NCBI GenBank assembly: GCA_016789605.1
Contig: JAEUQO010000097.1
Location: 776-64,775, forward strand
Direction: 5' to 3'
DNA from: Acidobacteriota bacterium
GTDB taxonomy: Bacteria; Acidobacteriota; Blastocatellia; RBC074
DNA length: 64,000 nucleotides
The position numbers were made by a program, and so were the translations under genes. The notes under the pieces were generated by a model, which saw only the letters and a list, made by a program, of their open reading frames with translations, was not told where the DNA came from and did no database searches. Of this stretch, positions 19,473 through 30,769 are shown piece after piece; position 1 is the first letter of the stretch, and each line of letters starts with the position of its first letter.

Positions 19473-21065
19473 ATGGCCAGTTTTCGCATCAGAACGCCAG
19501 CCGAATATTTGCAGCTTTTGTGGCGCCGTCGAATTTTCGTCCTGGTGCCCGCCGTGATTGTGACTTCGGCGCTGGCATGTGCCGTCAGTCAACTGCCCAA
19601 CATCTACGAATCCACCACGGTCATCATCGTTGATCCGCCCAAGGTTTCGTCGAATTATGTGCAGCCGGTCAATCAGATTGACCTCAATTCGCGCTTGAAT
19701 TCGATTCAGAAACAGGTCACCAGCCGCACCGAGTTGCAGCGCATCATCAATCGCTTCGGCTTGTATCAGGAAATGACCAGCCGCAATGTGCCCATCGAAC
19801 TGGTGATTGACGAAATGAACCGCCACATCTTTGTGCGTCCGTTCAGCGCGTCATCGGGCATTTATGCGTTTTCGCTGTCGTTTCGCGGCGCTGATCCGCG
19901 CACGGTGCGTGATGTCACCGCCGAACTGGCGGCCCGGTTTATTGACGCCAACTCTGACGAAACGCGCCGTCAGGTTTACACCACGATTGACCAGCTCGAA
20001 GGCCGCATCAACGAAGTGAAAACCGAGCTGGAAAAAATCGAGACCGCGCGCGCCAGCTATCTGGTCAGCCACCCCGACGCGTTGCCCGGACAAGAGCAAA
20101 ACATGCTCGGCCAGATGAATTCGCTGAGTTTGATTCGCCAGTCACAACAGACTTCGATTGACGCGTTACGCAGCCAGATCGCCACCAGCGAGCAATTGCT
20201 GGCGACGTTGCGCCAACAGGAAACCGTCGAGCCGGAACCGCCGCTAGCCGCCGGCCAAACCGAAGGCCAATTGCGCACGCGCCGCGCAGAACTGGACGCG
20301 CAGCTCAAACAGTTGCTGACGCAATACACCGAAAAGCATCCCGATGTGATCAAAATGCGGGTGCAAATCGAATCCATCAATCGCGAATTGGAAGACCTGA
20401 AAAACAAAGCCGAACAGGATCGGCAAGCCAAGCGTGCGGCGCGCACGGCCAACCCGCAAATTCAAAGTCTGGAAATCAAGCTGGCAGCCGACCGCCGCGA
20501 CCTGGTGCGCAAAGAGGCGGAACTGGAACAAACCAACCGCCAGTTTGGCGAATTGCAAGGCCGCTTGCGTTCGACGCCGCTGCTCGCCACCGAAGCGACC
20601 AAAATTGATCGCGATTACACTACGCTCAAAAAACGCTACGAAGATTTGCTGGCGATGCGCGACAACGCGCGCTTCAGCGCAAAAGTGATCAACGATTTCA
20701 GCGGCGAAACCTTCCGCATGGCCGACCCGGCCAACGTACCCGAAGCGCCCGTTTCGCCCAAACGCAATTTGCTGTATCCGCTGTCGCTGGCCGTGGGCTT
20801 GCTGACCGGATTGATTGCGGCGGCGGCGCTGGAAATTCGCGCGCTGCTGACAATTCGCGACGCGCGCGATGTGGCGCATTACACGCGCTTGCCGTTGCTG
20901 GTGACCGTGCCCCAAATCATCACCGAGCCGGAACGACGGCGACAACCGCTGTTCACCCTGGCCAAAGTCGTCGGTTTGGTGGTGCTCATCGCCATCGCCA
21001 TACCGCTGTTGTATCAGGTGCTCAAACTTTCGCGCGTGCTCAACGCCGTCACGGGAACATACTGA
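19473..21065 (+). CDS. Polysaccharide co-polymerase / chain-length determinant (Wzz/GumC family)
   Basis: N- and C-terminal TM helices flank a long coiled-coil periplasmic region containing the QYTEKHPDV motif. Confidence 0.8.
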   Translation: MASFRIRTPAEYLQLLWRRRIFVLVPAVIVTSALACAVSQLPNIYESTTVIIVDPPKVSSNYVQPVNQIDLNSRLNSIQKQVTSRTELQRIINRFGLYQEMTSRNVPIELVIDEMNRHIFVRPFSASSGIYAFSLSFRGADPRTVRDVTAELAARFIDANSDETRRQVYTTIDQLEGRINEVKTELEKIETARASYLVSHPDALPGQEQNMLGQMNSLSLIRQSQQTSIDALRSQIATSEQLLATLRQQETVEPEPPLAAGQTEGQLRTRRAELDAQLKQLLTQYTEKHPDVIKMRVQIESINRELEDLKNKAEQDRQAKRAARTANPQIQSLEIKLAADRRDLVRKEAELEQTNRQFGELQGRLRSTPLLATEATKIDRDYTTLKKRYEDLLAMRDNARFSAKVINDFSGETFRMADPANVPEAPVSPKRNLLYPLSLAVGLLTGLIAAAALEIRALLTIRDARDVAHYTRLPLLVTVPQIITEPERRRQPLFTLAKVVGLVVLIAIAIPLLYQVLKLSRVLNAVTGTY

Positions 21066-21085
21066 GCGCGTTTCTCGACTGAACT

Positions 21086-22144
21086 ATGTATCTGCAATTT
21101 TACGGGCTGCGAGACATCCCTTTCAGTTTGACGCCGGACCCGCGGTTTCTTTATTTCACGGCCAGTCACCGCGAAGTGATGGCCAATTTGCATTACGGCA
21201 TTCAGCACGGCAAAGGGTTGATCGTCGCCACCGGCGAAGTCGGCACGGGCAAAACCACGCTGTTGCGCGCGATGATCGCCCGCCTGGATCGCAGCGTCAT
21301 CAGTTCATATCTCTTCAATCCGGGTTTGAATGTGCCGGAACTGTATCAGCATCTGGCGGCGGATTTCGGACTGGGCCCGTACACGTCAAAAGCCGATGCG
21401 TTGCAAAAACTGGGACGGCTGTTGACCACGCGGCATGCGCGTGGTTTGCGCACCGTCTTGATTGTGGACGAAGCGCAGGGTTTGTCGCACGAATTGCTGG
21501 AAGAAGTCCGCCTGCTGCTGAATTTTGAAACCTATACCGAAAAACAGTTGCAGATCGTGCTGACCGGTCAGCCGGAATTGCGGCAAGTGCTCAACAGCCC
21601 GGAGTTGCGGCAATTGAAACAGCGCATCAGTCTGCGCTGTGAAATCAAACCGCTCAAAGCCGATGAAGTGGCGGCCTACATTCGCACTCGGCTCAAAGTG
21701 GCAGGCGCCAATCGGTTGGATTTGTTCACCGCCGATGCCGTGGCGTTGCTGTATCGCGCCTCCGAAGGGATTCCGCGTCTGATCAACAATCTGTGCGACA
21801 ATGCGCTGCTGACAGGTTATGCGCTGAACGCACGCACCATCGGGGCCGACGTCATTTCCGAAGTTGCCGAATCGCTGGATTTGCTGCAACCGATGATCCA
21901 GGCCGATCCGCGCGAAACGTTACAAACGGCGCTGCCGCCGTTGCCCGTCTTGCGCGAAGACGGCGAAGAGTTTGCGGCCCAGGAAACCAAAACCATTGAA
22001 CCGCGCTTTGCGCGCAAACGCTCGCATCCGCGACGTAAAGGCGCTCCGCGCGGCAATGAGCGAGCGCCGGAAACTGGCGAACCAGCGCAATTCAAGCTGA
22101 TCTCGACGCCAGAACCGGGCGAGAACAAAACCAAGACAGGATGA
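21086..22144 (+). CDS. ExeA/GspA-like AAA ATPase of EPS loci
   Basis: MYLQFYGLRDIPF N-terminus, Walker A GEVGTGKTT, Walker B LIVDEAQ. Confidence 0.8.
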   Translation: MYLQFYGLRDIPFSLTPDPRFLYFTASHREVMANLHYGIQHGKGLIVATGEVGTGKTTLLRAMIARLDRSVISSYLFNPGLNVPELYQHLAADFGLGPYTSKADALQKLGRLLTTRHARGLRTVLIVDEAQGLSHELLEEVRLLLNFETYTEKQLQIVLTGQPELRQVLNSPELRQLKQRISLRCEIKPLKADEVAAYIRTRLKVAGANRLDLFTADAVALLYRASEGIPRLINNLCDNALLTGYALNARTIGADVISEVAESLDLLQPMIQADPRETLQTALPPLPVLREDGEEFAAQETKTIEPRFARKRSHPRRKGAPRGNERAPETGEPAQFKLISTPEPGENKTKTG

Positions 22145-22217
22145 GCACGTTGGCAATTTCGCCTTCGCCCAGTTCGTGCCCTAAGCAATAAGCGAGCGGC
22201 GAAGCTGCTGACCGATT

Positions 22218-23507
22218 ATGAGCAAAGTTTTTGAGGCGCTGCGGCGTCAACAACAAAATCAACCGACAGAAACCGATCGCGATCCGTTGGCGGCAGAAAC
22301 GGGAGCCTCTGGCGAAAGCAGCCCCGATCCCGCTGAAGGGTTTGAGTTGCCGTCGGCGATTGGTGCGCCAGTAGGACCGCGCTCAAACGAAGGCGCGCTG
22401 TTTTCTGCCCCTCCCGTCAGAGAAGAACCGCCGACGTTGCCGCGCACGGCCAACACTCCGGCACCGCCGCCAGTCGCGCCCCGCAGCAATGGAAAAACCG
22501 CAGCAGAGAAAGCGTCTGCCGGGCCAGCAGTACAACCTGCGCAGGTAACACCCAGCGCTGCGCCCGTCAGTCAACCCGCCCAACCGGCGCGAAATGGGGT
22601 TACCCACAAGGCAACGCCGGTCATTCGCCGCCCGGCATTGCCAGTTGAAGCGCCGCCGGAACCAACGCCTGCCATTGAGCAACCGGAAGAAACACTTGCG
22701 CCGCCTGCGCCGCGCGAAATTCCGATCGAACATCTTTCGCCCACACAACTGCATCCGCGGTTGATTTTGCTAACCGAACCGCAGACGCCCGAATGCGAAC
22801 AGTACCGCACGCTGCGCACACAAATCTTTCACGCGGCGGAAAAGAAAACGACGCAGGTCATCGCCATCACCAGCGCACTGGCAGGCGAAGGCAAAACCTC
22901 GACCGTATTGAATCTGGCGTTGGCAATTGCGCAGTCGCAGGAAAAACGCGTGCTGGTCATTGACGGCGATTTGCGGCGCCCGAATGTCTCTGCCTATCTG
23001 GGTGTGAAGCGACGGTTGGGGTTGGGTGATGTGCTCAACGGCGACAGCGAAACGCTCGATGCGATTTTTGGCGTGGCCGATCTGGAATTGTACGTCCTGC
23101 CAGTCACACGCGAAGCGCTGAATCCGACCGAATTGCTCTCGCGCGAACGTTTCAGCGATATGATCGCCAACTTGCGCGAATACTTTGATTTCATCTTGAT
23201 TGATTCGCCGCCAGTGCTGCCTTTTGCCGATGCGCGCTTGCTGTCTAATCACGCCGACGCCGTGTTGCTGGTCGTACGCGCCGGTCTGGCGTCATACGAT
23301 ACGGTGGAAAAAGCCATCGGCATGTTACCGGCCAATCGCATTCTGGGTGTCGTGCTTAACGGCGCTGATCATCCAGATGAAGCCAACTATTACGATTACT
23401 ATTACAACTATTCGCACGGCCGTCCGCGCCCTCACACGTGGTGGGAAAAACTCAAACACCGCCTGCGCAGTGACCGCCGCAAAAGCTCAAGGAAATTGAC
23501 GAGGTAA
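22218..23507 (+). CDS. BY-kinase (CpsD/CapB-type tyrosine autokinase) with Pro/Ala-rich N-terminal extension
   Basis: Walker A' SALAGEGKTS, DxD motif VIDGDLRRP, and C-terminal tyrosine cluster YYDYYYNY (nt 23388-23411). Confidence 0.8.
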   Translation: MSKVFEALRRQQQNQPTETDRDPLAAETGASGESSPDPAEGFELPSAIGAPVGPRSNEGALFSAPPVREEPPTLPRTANTPAPPPVAPRSNGKTAAEKASAGPAVQPAQVTPSAAPVSQPAQPARNGVTHKATPVIRRPALPVEAPPEPTPAIEQPEETLAPPAPREIPIEHLSPTQLHPRLILLTEPQTPECEQYRTLRTQIFHAAEKKTTQVIAITSALAGEGKTSTVLNLALAIAQSQEKRVLVIDGDLRRPNVSAYLGVKRRLGLGDVLNGDSETLDAIFGVADLELYVLPVTREALNPTELLSRERFSDMIANLREYFDFILIDSPPVLPFADARLLSNHADAVLLVVRAGLASYDTVEKAIGMLPANRILGVVLNGADHPDEANYYDYYYNYSHGRPRPHTWWEKLKHRLRSDRRKSSRKLTR

Positions 23508-23567
23508 CGAGCGCTGCGCTCTCGCCCCTGACTCAGCACTTAACCCTCACGACCCAGAACGCAGTTT

Positions 23568-24995
23568 ATGATTCGTCGTGGTGTATGGCTTAAAACTTTC
23601 ATTCTGCTGGTTGTCGAAGCGGGCATTATCCTTTCTGTTGTGCTGCTTGGTCTGTACTTACGCTCGCCCGAACATTTCGACGACATCCTCTATGCCCAAC
23701 GCGGTCTGTACAAAATCGCGCTGCCGACCATCGTTTGCCAGCTCATCTTCTACCTGTTTGACCTGTACGACGTAACCAAACCTCGGTTGCGCCGCGAATT
23801 GCTGACCGATCTCTTTCAATCGGTAGGCGTCGTGTTGCTGATACTGGGTGTGATTTTTATGCTGCGCCCGACGTTGTTGTTGGGCTATTTGCAGGAAACG
23901 CGGGGCGGCACAGCCGTTCGTTATGGCAACGGTGTGCCGGTGATGGCCATGATGCTGGCGTTGGCGCTGATGATCCTCTGGCGGCTGACGATTCACTGGC
24001 TGATGCGGCATCCGAAACTGGGCGACCGCCTCTTGATCGTCGGCACGGATACGCTGGCCATCGAAGTCGCGCGCGAAGCTCGTTTGCGCCGCGATCTGGG
24101 TTACAAGGTCGCGGGCTTTACCGCAGAAGACCCCAAACTCGTGGGCGAATCATTTTTGGGGCTGCCGGTGCTGGGGTTGACCAGCGAATTGGATCGGTTG
24201 GTGGAGATAGAAAAAATTGATCGCGTGGTCGTGGCCTTGCAAGACCGGCGCGGCCACATGCCGGTGGATCAGTTGCTCAAAATCCGCTTGCAAGGCCAGG
24301 CCGCCATCGAAGAAGGCACGGCGCTGTATGAAAAGCTCACGGGCAAAATCAGCGTCGAAATGTTGCGCCCCAGTTGGCTGATTTTTTCTGGCGGCGCCAA
24401 ACGCACCACGATCTGGAACATCGCGCGCCGGGCATTCAACGTCGGGATGGCGTTGCTGGGTCTGTTGCTGTCATTGCCGCTGGCTATTTTTGCCGCCGTC
24501 GCCATCAAACTCGATTCGCGCGGCCCGATCTTTTATGCGCAAGAACGCGTGGGCCGTAACGGACGCACGTTCAAAATCATCAAGTTTCGTTCAATGCGCC
24601 AGGACGCCGAAAAAGACGGCGCGCCCAAATGGGCGTCAGAAAAAGACCCGCGCATCACACGCATCGGCAACTTTTTGCGCAAAACGCGCATTGACGAAAT
24701 TCCGCAATTCATCAACATCTTGCGCGGCGAAATGAGTTTTGTCGGCCCGCGTGCCGAACGTCCGTTTTTCGTCGCGCAACTGAGCGAACAGTTGCCGTTC
24801 TATGCGCAACGCCATTTGGTTGAACCGGGGCTGACCGGGTGGGCGCAGGTCAGTTACCCTTACGGCGCAAGCGTGGAAGACGCGCTGCAAAAATTGCAGT
24901 ACGATTTGTATTACATCAAAAATGTCTCGCTGTTATTCGATCTGTGGATCATGTTCAAAACCGTCAAGATCGTACTCTTTGGGCAAGGCCGTTAA
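23568..24995 (+). CDS. Exopolysaccharide polyprenyl-phosphate glycosylphosphotransferase (WcaJ/EpsB-type initiating enzyme)
   Basis: N-terminal TM helices and a C-terminal Bac_transf domain (KFRSM, RIDEIPQFINILRGEMSFVGPR). Confidence 0.88.
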   Translation: MIRRGVWLKTFILLVVEAGIILSVVLLGLYLRSPEHFDDILYAQRGLYKIALPTIVCQLIFYLFDLYDVTKPRLRRELLTDLFQSVGVVLLILGVIFMLRPTLLLGYLQETRGGTAVRYGNGVPVMAMMLALALMILWRLTIHWLMRHPKLGDRLLIVGTDTLAIEVAREARLRRDLGYKVAGFTAEDPKLVGESFLGLPVLGLTSELDRLVEIEKIDRVVVALQDRRGHMPVDQLLKIRLQGQAAIEEGTALYEKLTGKISVEMLRPSWLIFSGGAKRTTIWNIARRAFNVGMALLGLLLSLPLAIFAAVAIKLDSRGPIFYAQERVGRNGRTFKIIKFRSMRQDAEKDGAPKWASEKDPRITRIGNFLRKTRIDEIPQFINILRGEMSFVGPRAERPFFVAQLSEQLPFYAQRHLVEPGLTGWAQVSYPYGASVEDALQKLQYDLYYIKNVSLLFDLWIMFKTVKIVLFGQGR

Positions 24996-25059
24996 AATCG
25001 GACGCCCGTCGGCCTCTGCTGCCCAAGGCCTCTGCCCAAGGCCTTTGAGGAATAAAGCA

Positions 25060-25890
25060 ATGAACCAACACCGCTGGCCAAAAGTTTCGTTGACCATGCT
25101 CTCGCTCGTGTTCTTAACAGCGGGCGCAACCTATGCACAGCAACCCGGCAGTTTGGACAAAGCGCCGTTGCCGACGACGACGCAAGAAAAGCCCGCGCCT
25201 CGTCCGCGCGAAACGTCGCCCGCCAAGAGCGCTCCTGTTCAAACGCCTGCCGACGCTGAACGCCAGGCGCTGCGACGTGAAGATCAATCAGAAGTCGAAG
25301 CCGCCGTGCTGCCTTACATCAACAATTTTTTTGCCACCACGCGCATCGGCCCGGAAGACGTCATTTCAGTGGACGTCTTTGACCAACCGAATTATTCGCG
25401 CACGAACATCACCATCCCGCCAAATGGACGCATCAGTTATCCGCTAATCGGCCAATTAAATATCGCGGGCCGTACTACCGAAGAGCTGGAAAAAGAGATC
25501 ACCGAAAAACTGGCGGAATACATTCGCGAACCGAAAGTGTCAGTCAACCTGGTGCAAGTCCACAGCATGAAATATCTGGTGGTCGGCGACGTCACAACCC
25601 CCGGCATCTATGAAATGACGCGGCGCATGTCTGTGGCCGAAGCGCTGGCCAAGGCCGGCTATGTCACCCGGTATGGCGATTTGAAAGGCGTTAGCGTGCT
25701 GCGCATGCAACCCAACGGTCAGATGTTCACCATCCCGGTCAACATGAAAGAAGTCGAAAAAGGAAAGCAGCAAGACGTCTTTCTGGTACCCGGCGATACG
25801 GTGGTTGTGCCCGGCAACAAGTTCAAAGCCGTAGACAAAGTTATGAGCCTGGTTACGCTGGGCTATTGGATGCGCATCATCGCGCGGTGA
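25060..25890 (+). CDS. Polysaccharide export protein (Wza-like, Poly_export + SLBB)
   Basis: Start trimmed to the ATG before the signal peptide (MNQHRWPKVSLTMLSLVFLTAGATYA). PNGRISYPLIGQLNIAGRT motif. Confidence 0.85.
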   Translation: MNQHRWPKVSLTMLSLVFLTAGATYAQQPGSLDKAPLPTTTQEKPAPRPRETSPAKSAPVQTPADAERQALRREDQSEVEAAVLPYINNFFATTRIGPEDVISVDVFDQPNYSRTNITIPPNGRISYPLIGQLNIAGRTTEELEKEITEKLAEYIREPKVSVNLVQVHSMKYLVVGDVTTPGIYEMTRRMSVAEALAKAGYVTRYGDLKGVSVLRMQPNGQMFTIPVNMKEVEKGKQQDVFLVPGDTVVVPGNKFKAVDKVMSLVTLGYWMRIIAR

Positions 25891-25897
25891 AGTACCT

Positions 25898-27013
25898 GTG
25901 AATGTCGTAACGCCAGTCAGCCAATCCACCTCGCACCAGCCCACACGCGGCTTGGCGCTCTTTTTCTGTCTGTTGCTTTGCTTGCTGTTTCTGCCTGCCC
26001 GCAAGCAATTGGCCGCCGTGGAACCTGCGTGGCTAAAACAGTCTGGCGGCGTGCTGGCCAAACTCAACGCGGTCTTTTTCACCGACCGCGAACACGGCTG
26101 GGCAGCCGGTAGCAATGGTACCTTGCTGGCGACGAACGATGGCGGAACACACTGGCAGCCATTGCCGTTGCCTGGGCGCACACGCAAAGAACCGGTGTTG
26201 GATTTGTGGGCCTTTGCGCCGGATCAGGTCTGTTTGCTGGGCGAATACGGATTGTTCAATCGCAGCGGCGAAGTCGCCTGGCACGAGCGCGTGTTTGTGT
26301 TGCGCAGTGAAGATCGCGGCGCTTCCTGGCTGGCAGCCCGCACCGCGCCGCCGCCGTTACAACCCGGTCAATCCATCATCATCAAACAAATCAACAAAGA
26401 CACCGCCAAGATCGAAGAACCCAAACCACCGCCCGAACCGGTGCTGGTGCGTTTTGCCTTTGTCAACGCGCGCATAGGCTGGGCGGTCGGCGAACTGGGG
26501 ACGATTCAGTTCACACGTGACGGCGGACAAAGCTGGCAACTGCAATTCACGCAATTGCGCAAACTGTTCAATGACGTTTCGGCGCTCAATGAACAACAAG
26601 CCTGGATCGTCGGGGGCGGCGGCACAATCCTGCAAACCGGTGACGGCGGGCAAAGCTGGCAACCACAGACAGCAGGCAATTCCGCCAATCTGTTGGCAGT
26701 GCATTTCACCGACGCCAAACACGGCTGGGCCGCGGGCAATAACGGAACGATGCTCGCCACAACCAACGGCGGGTTGCGCTGGCAAACGCAAATCACTGGC
26801 ACAACGCGCACGTTGTACGATGTGTTTTTCGTCAACACGCGCGAAGGCTGGGCCGCAGGCGAACGCGGCACGCTGTTGCACACGACCGACGGCGGCGCAA
26901 CCTGGCAAGACAACTCGCTGGAAACACATGCCAATTTGCACCGCCTGTTTTTTCTGTCGCCGGATTGCGGCTGGGCAGTCGGCGGCAATGGCGCGCTTTT
27001 CAAATACGAATAA
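25898..27013 (+). CDS. BNR/Ycf48-like beta-propeller protein (secreted or membrane-anchored)
   Basis: Six or seven repeats of the xxDGGxxW type (NDGGTHWQ, RDGGQSWQ, GDGGQSWQ, TNGGLRWQ, TDGGATWQ). GTG start and a hydrophobic N-terminus. Confidence 0.75.
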   Translation: MNVVTPVSQSTSHQPTRGLALFFCLLLCLLFLPARKQLAAVEPAWLKQSGGVLAKLNAVFFTDREHGWAAGSNGTLLATNDGGTHWQPLPLPGRTRKEPVLDLWAFAPDQVCLLGEYGLFNRSGEVAWHERVFVLRSEDRGASWLAARTAPPPLQPGQSIIIKQINKDTAKIEEPKPPPEPVLVRFAFVNARIGWAVGELGTIQFTRDGGQSWQLQFTQLRKLFNDVSALNEQQAWIVGGGGTILQTGDGGQSWQPQTAGNSANLLAVHFTDAKHGWAAGNNGTMLATTNGGLRWQTQITGTTRTLYDVFFVNTREGWAAGERGTLLHTTDGGATWQDNSLETHANLHRLFFLSPDCGWAVGGNGALFKYE

Positions 27014-27133
27014 AACACTGGCCAGCGCTGGCCGTAGGTAGATTGGCTGTCTTCCCTGCGCCCCAACAACGCGGCCTGAATTCCGCAGCGCCCCCTTCTC
27101 TCCCTCCAACTCTTTTGCATTCTTTTTGAACCT

Positions 27134-27979
27134 ATGACGACACAAGCACCATCAACTATCGGCGCAGATCAAATGACCTATGGGTCGTATTTGCGTGTTT
27201 CTGAGCTGATCAATTTGCAGCACCCGCAATCCACGCCGCCACATCACGACGAATTGCTTTTCATCATCATTCACCAAACATACGAGTTGTGGTTCAAGCA
27301 GTTGCTGCACGAACTGGACGCCGTCAACGCCAATTTGCGTGCGGCAACACAACGCCCGGCAGAACACGACGCCGTGTATGAAGCCGCGCGCCTGTTGCGC
27401 CGTTGCACCGAAATCGCGCGCGTGCTGGTCGAACAGTTCACCATTCTGGAAACGATGTTGCCCACGCACTTTCTGGCCTTTCGCGAACACCTGCGTCCGG
27501 CCAGCGGGTTCCAATCCGAACAGTTTCGCGAAATCGAATTTCTGTGCGGCTTGAAAGACGAAAAGATGCTGCGTTATCACGAACCTTCGCCGGAAATGCA
27601 TGCCAAGCTGCAACAGCGATTGCACGAACCATCGCTGCGCGAACTGTTTTTCGAGGCGTTGGCGGCGCTGAATGTGATGCCCGCGCTTGCAGCAGACGCC
27701 AGCGAAGAAGATCGCTATCGCGCGCGCGCGCAAGCGATTTTGGCCGTATATCGTGATGAACGCGGCAAACGTCACTGGATTGACGTGTGCGAACGTCTGA
27801 CCGAATTTGACGAACTGATCGTCAGTTGGCGTTTGCGCCACATCCAGATGGTCGAACGCACAATCGGTGTGCGCTTGGGCACGGGCGGCAGCAGCGGGGC
27901 TTCGTATCTGAAAGTCACGCTCGACAAAAAATTCTTCCCCGAATTGTGGGAAGCCCGCACGATGCTGACTGAAATTTAG
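27134..27979 (+). CDS. kynA: Tryptophan 2,3-dioxygenase
   Basis: YGSYLxxxxLxxLQ and HDELLFIIIHQTYELWFKQ motifs. 281 aa. Confidence 0.88.
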   Translation: MTTQAPSTIGADQMTYGSYLRVSELINLQHPQSTPPHHDELLFIIIHQTYELWFKQLLHELDAVNANLRAATQRPAEHDAVYEAARLLRRCTEIARVLVEQFTILETMLPTHFLAFREHLRPASGFQSEQFREIEFLCGLKDEKMLRYHEPSPEMHAKLQQRLHEPSLRELFFEALAALNVMPALAADASEEDRYRARAQAILAVYRDERGKRHWIDVCERLTEFDELIVSWRLRHIQMVERTIGVRLGTGGSSGASYLKVTLDKKFFPELWEARTMLTEI

Positions 27980-28006
27980 GCTGAACAGGTTTTCTCTTCG
28001 ACAAGC

Positions 28007-28708
28007 ATGAAATTAGCTATTCTCGACATTGACGGAACGCTGACCAACACCAGCCACGTAGACACAATCTGCTTTACGCGCGCGGTGGCTGAAACTCACG
28101 GCATTACCGAAATCGGCGCTTCGTGGGCAAACTGTCCGCACGTGAGCGATTCGGGCGTCACGCACCAAATCTTCCTGGATCATTTCAAACGCGAACCAAC
28201 CGACGCAGACGTGTCGCCTTTGAAAACACGCTTTTTTGAGTTGCTGCATGAGCATCGCGAACTCGATCCGGCGTACTTTGCCGAAATCCCCGGCGCGCAA
28301 CGCATGGTCACGCAGCTGGCGCAACAAGAAGATTGGGTCATCACCATCGCGACCGGTTGTTGGCACGGTTCGGCCAAACTGAAACTGGCGGCGGCGGGAA
28401 TTGACGTGGATCGTTTCCCGGGCGGTTTTGCCGAAGATGCGCGTCCGCGCGAAGGCATCGTGCAAACGGCCATTGATCGTGCGCGCAATCATTATGGCAT
28501 CGGCCAATTTGCCAAAATCGTTTCGGTCGGCGATGGACTGTGGGATGTACGCACCGCCGCCAACCTTGGCTTGCCCTTTGTCGGCATCGCCCACGGCGAA
28601 CGCGCGCAAACATTACGCGCGGCAGGCGCGCGCCATATCGTTGGTGATTATCACAATCTGGACGGCTTTTTTGATTTTCTGAACGCGGCTGAAATGCCCA
28701 GAAAGTAG
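28007..28708 (+). CDS. HAD-superfamily hydrolase
   Basis: Motif I DIDGTLT at the N-terminus and motif IV SVGDGLWD. Confidence 0.75.
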   Translation: MKLAILDIDGTLTNTSHVDTICFTRAVAETHGITEIGASWANCPHVSDSGVTHQIFLDHFKREPTDADVSPLKTRFFELLHEHRELDPAYFAEIPGAQRMVTQLAQQEDWVITIATGCWHGSAKLKLAAAGIDVDRFPGGFAEDARPREGIVQTAIDRARNHYGIGQFAKIVSVGDGLWDVRTAANLGLPFVGIAHGERAQTLRAAGARHIVGDYHNLDGFFDFLNAAEMPRK

Positions 28709-28714
28709 GACAAC

Positions 28715-29905
<1,191 letters not shown>

Positions 29906-29950
29906 CCAGACGTCAGTTTGGTGTCAGAGATAACTCAAACGGTTTCTGGC

Positions 29951-29997
29951 AAAAAAGCGGGCAGAAAGAGAGTCAGTCTCTTTCTGCCCGCTTTTTC
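29951..29997. terminator. Bidirectional intrinsic terminator between convergent genes
   Basis: Perfect 15-bp stem GCGGGCAGAAAGAGA / TCTCTTTCTGCCCGC flanked by an A6 run (5') and a T5 run (3'). Confidence 0.72.
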
Positions 29998-30094
29998 TTT
30001 TGGGAACCGCCGAGCGCACTCCGCAAAATCCGGCCTGGCAATAAACCAGGCGAAAAGCAGCGTGAAAAACGAACAGGCGCGTTGCCTCTCAGCC

Positions 30095-30769
30095 TCAAGG
30101 CGAAGCGTTAGGATTTGCAGTGGGAACTGCCGTGGGCGGCGCGTTCCCCGCGCTGACTTGCAGGAAATAACGACCGGCGGATTCGCCTTCTGGCCCGTAG
30201 GTAAAGAGCGCATACGCCGTGCCGTCACCAAACACCTGATACACATATTCGTTGCCCCAGGGGTCAACCGAATAATCACCTTCCAGATACGGCCCGCGCC
30301 AGCTTGCCAGCTCTGACGGACGTTTGAGCAACGCGCCCAACCCTTCCTTGGCGCTCGGATAACGCCCGACATCGGCAAAGAAGTTGTCCAGCGAATGCGC
30401 GTACAAATCCAATTCGCGGCGGGCCATCATTTCGCGGCGTTGTGCCGCCGCCTGGGCTTTTTTCTGTTCCTGCCGCCGCCAGTACACAGATCCAGAAACT
30501 GCCAGCGCCACACAACTCAAGACCGCCAGCAACGCCAGCATTTTTCGGCGGCGCGTGCGTTCCAGCCGGGCTGCGCGAAGTTCCGGCACAAACACCATGG
30601 TTTTGTCCGGCTCCTGGGTCGAAGGCAAATGCCGGGCGACTTCAGCTAGTTGTCCGTGCGCTTGACGCGGCGCACCGGGAATATGGGCGGAGCACACCGC
30701 ACAAAAGCGCCATTTGGGCAACAACACCGCGCCGCATTGCTGACAACGTTTTTCTGTGTTTTCAGACAT
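30095..30769 (-). CDS. Zinc-ribbon / single-TM / GspG-like pseudopilin-domain protein (candidate anti-sigma factor)
   Basis: Start trimmed to MSENTEKRCQQCG. CxxC-x10-CxxC ribbon, TM helix MLALLAVLSCVALAVSG, and a C-terminal T2SS-G fold motif (WRGPYLEGDYSVDPWGNEYVY). It lacks a prepilin cleavage motif. Confidence 0.7.
   Translation of the reverse strand: MSENTEKRCQQCGAVLLPKWRFCAVCSAHIPGAPRQAHGQLAEVARHLPSTQEPDKTMVFVPELRAARLERTRRRKMLALLAVLSCVALAVSGSVYWRRQEQKKAQAAAQRREMMARRELDLYAHSLDNFFADVGRYPSAKEGLGALLKRPSELASWRGPYLEGDYSVDPWGNEYVYQVFGDGTAYALFTYGPEGESAGRYFLQVSAGNAPPTAVPTANPNASP

Noticed and set aside
26357-27145. Several long alternative-frame ORFs (26357-27145 -, 26506-27120 -, 26517-27041 +) over the BNR/Ycf48-like gene.
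   Set aside because: Only the annotated frame gives the regular DGGxxW propeller repeats. The others are Cys/Arg/Pro-rich nonsense frames.
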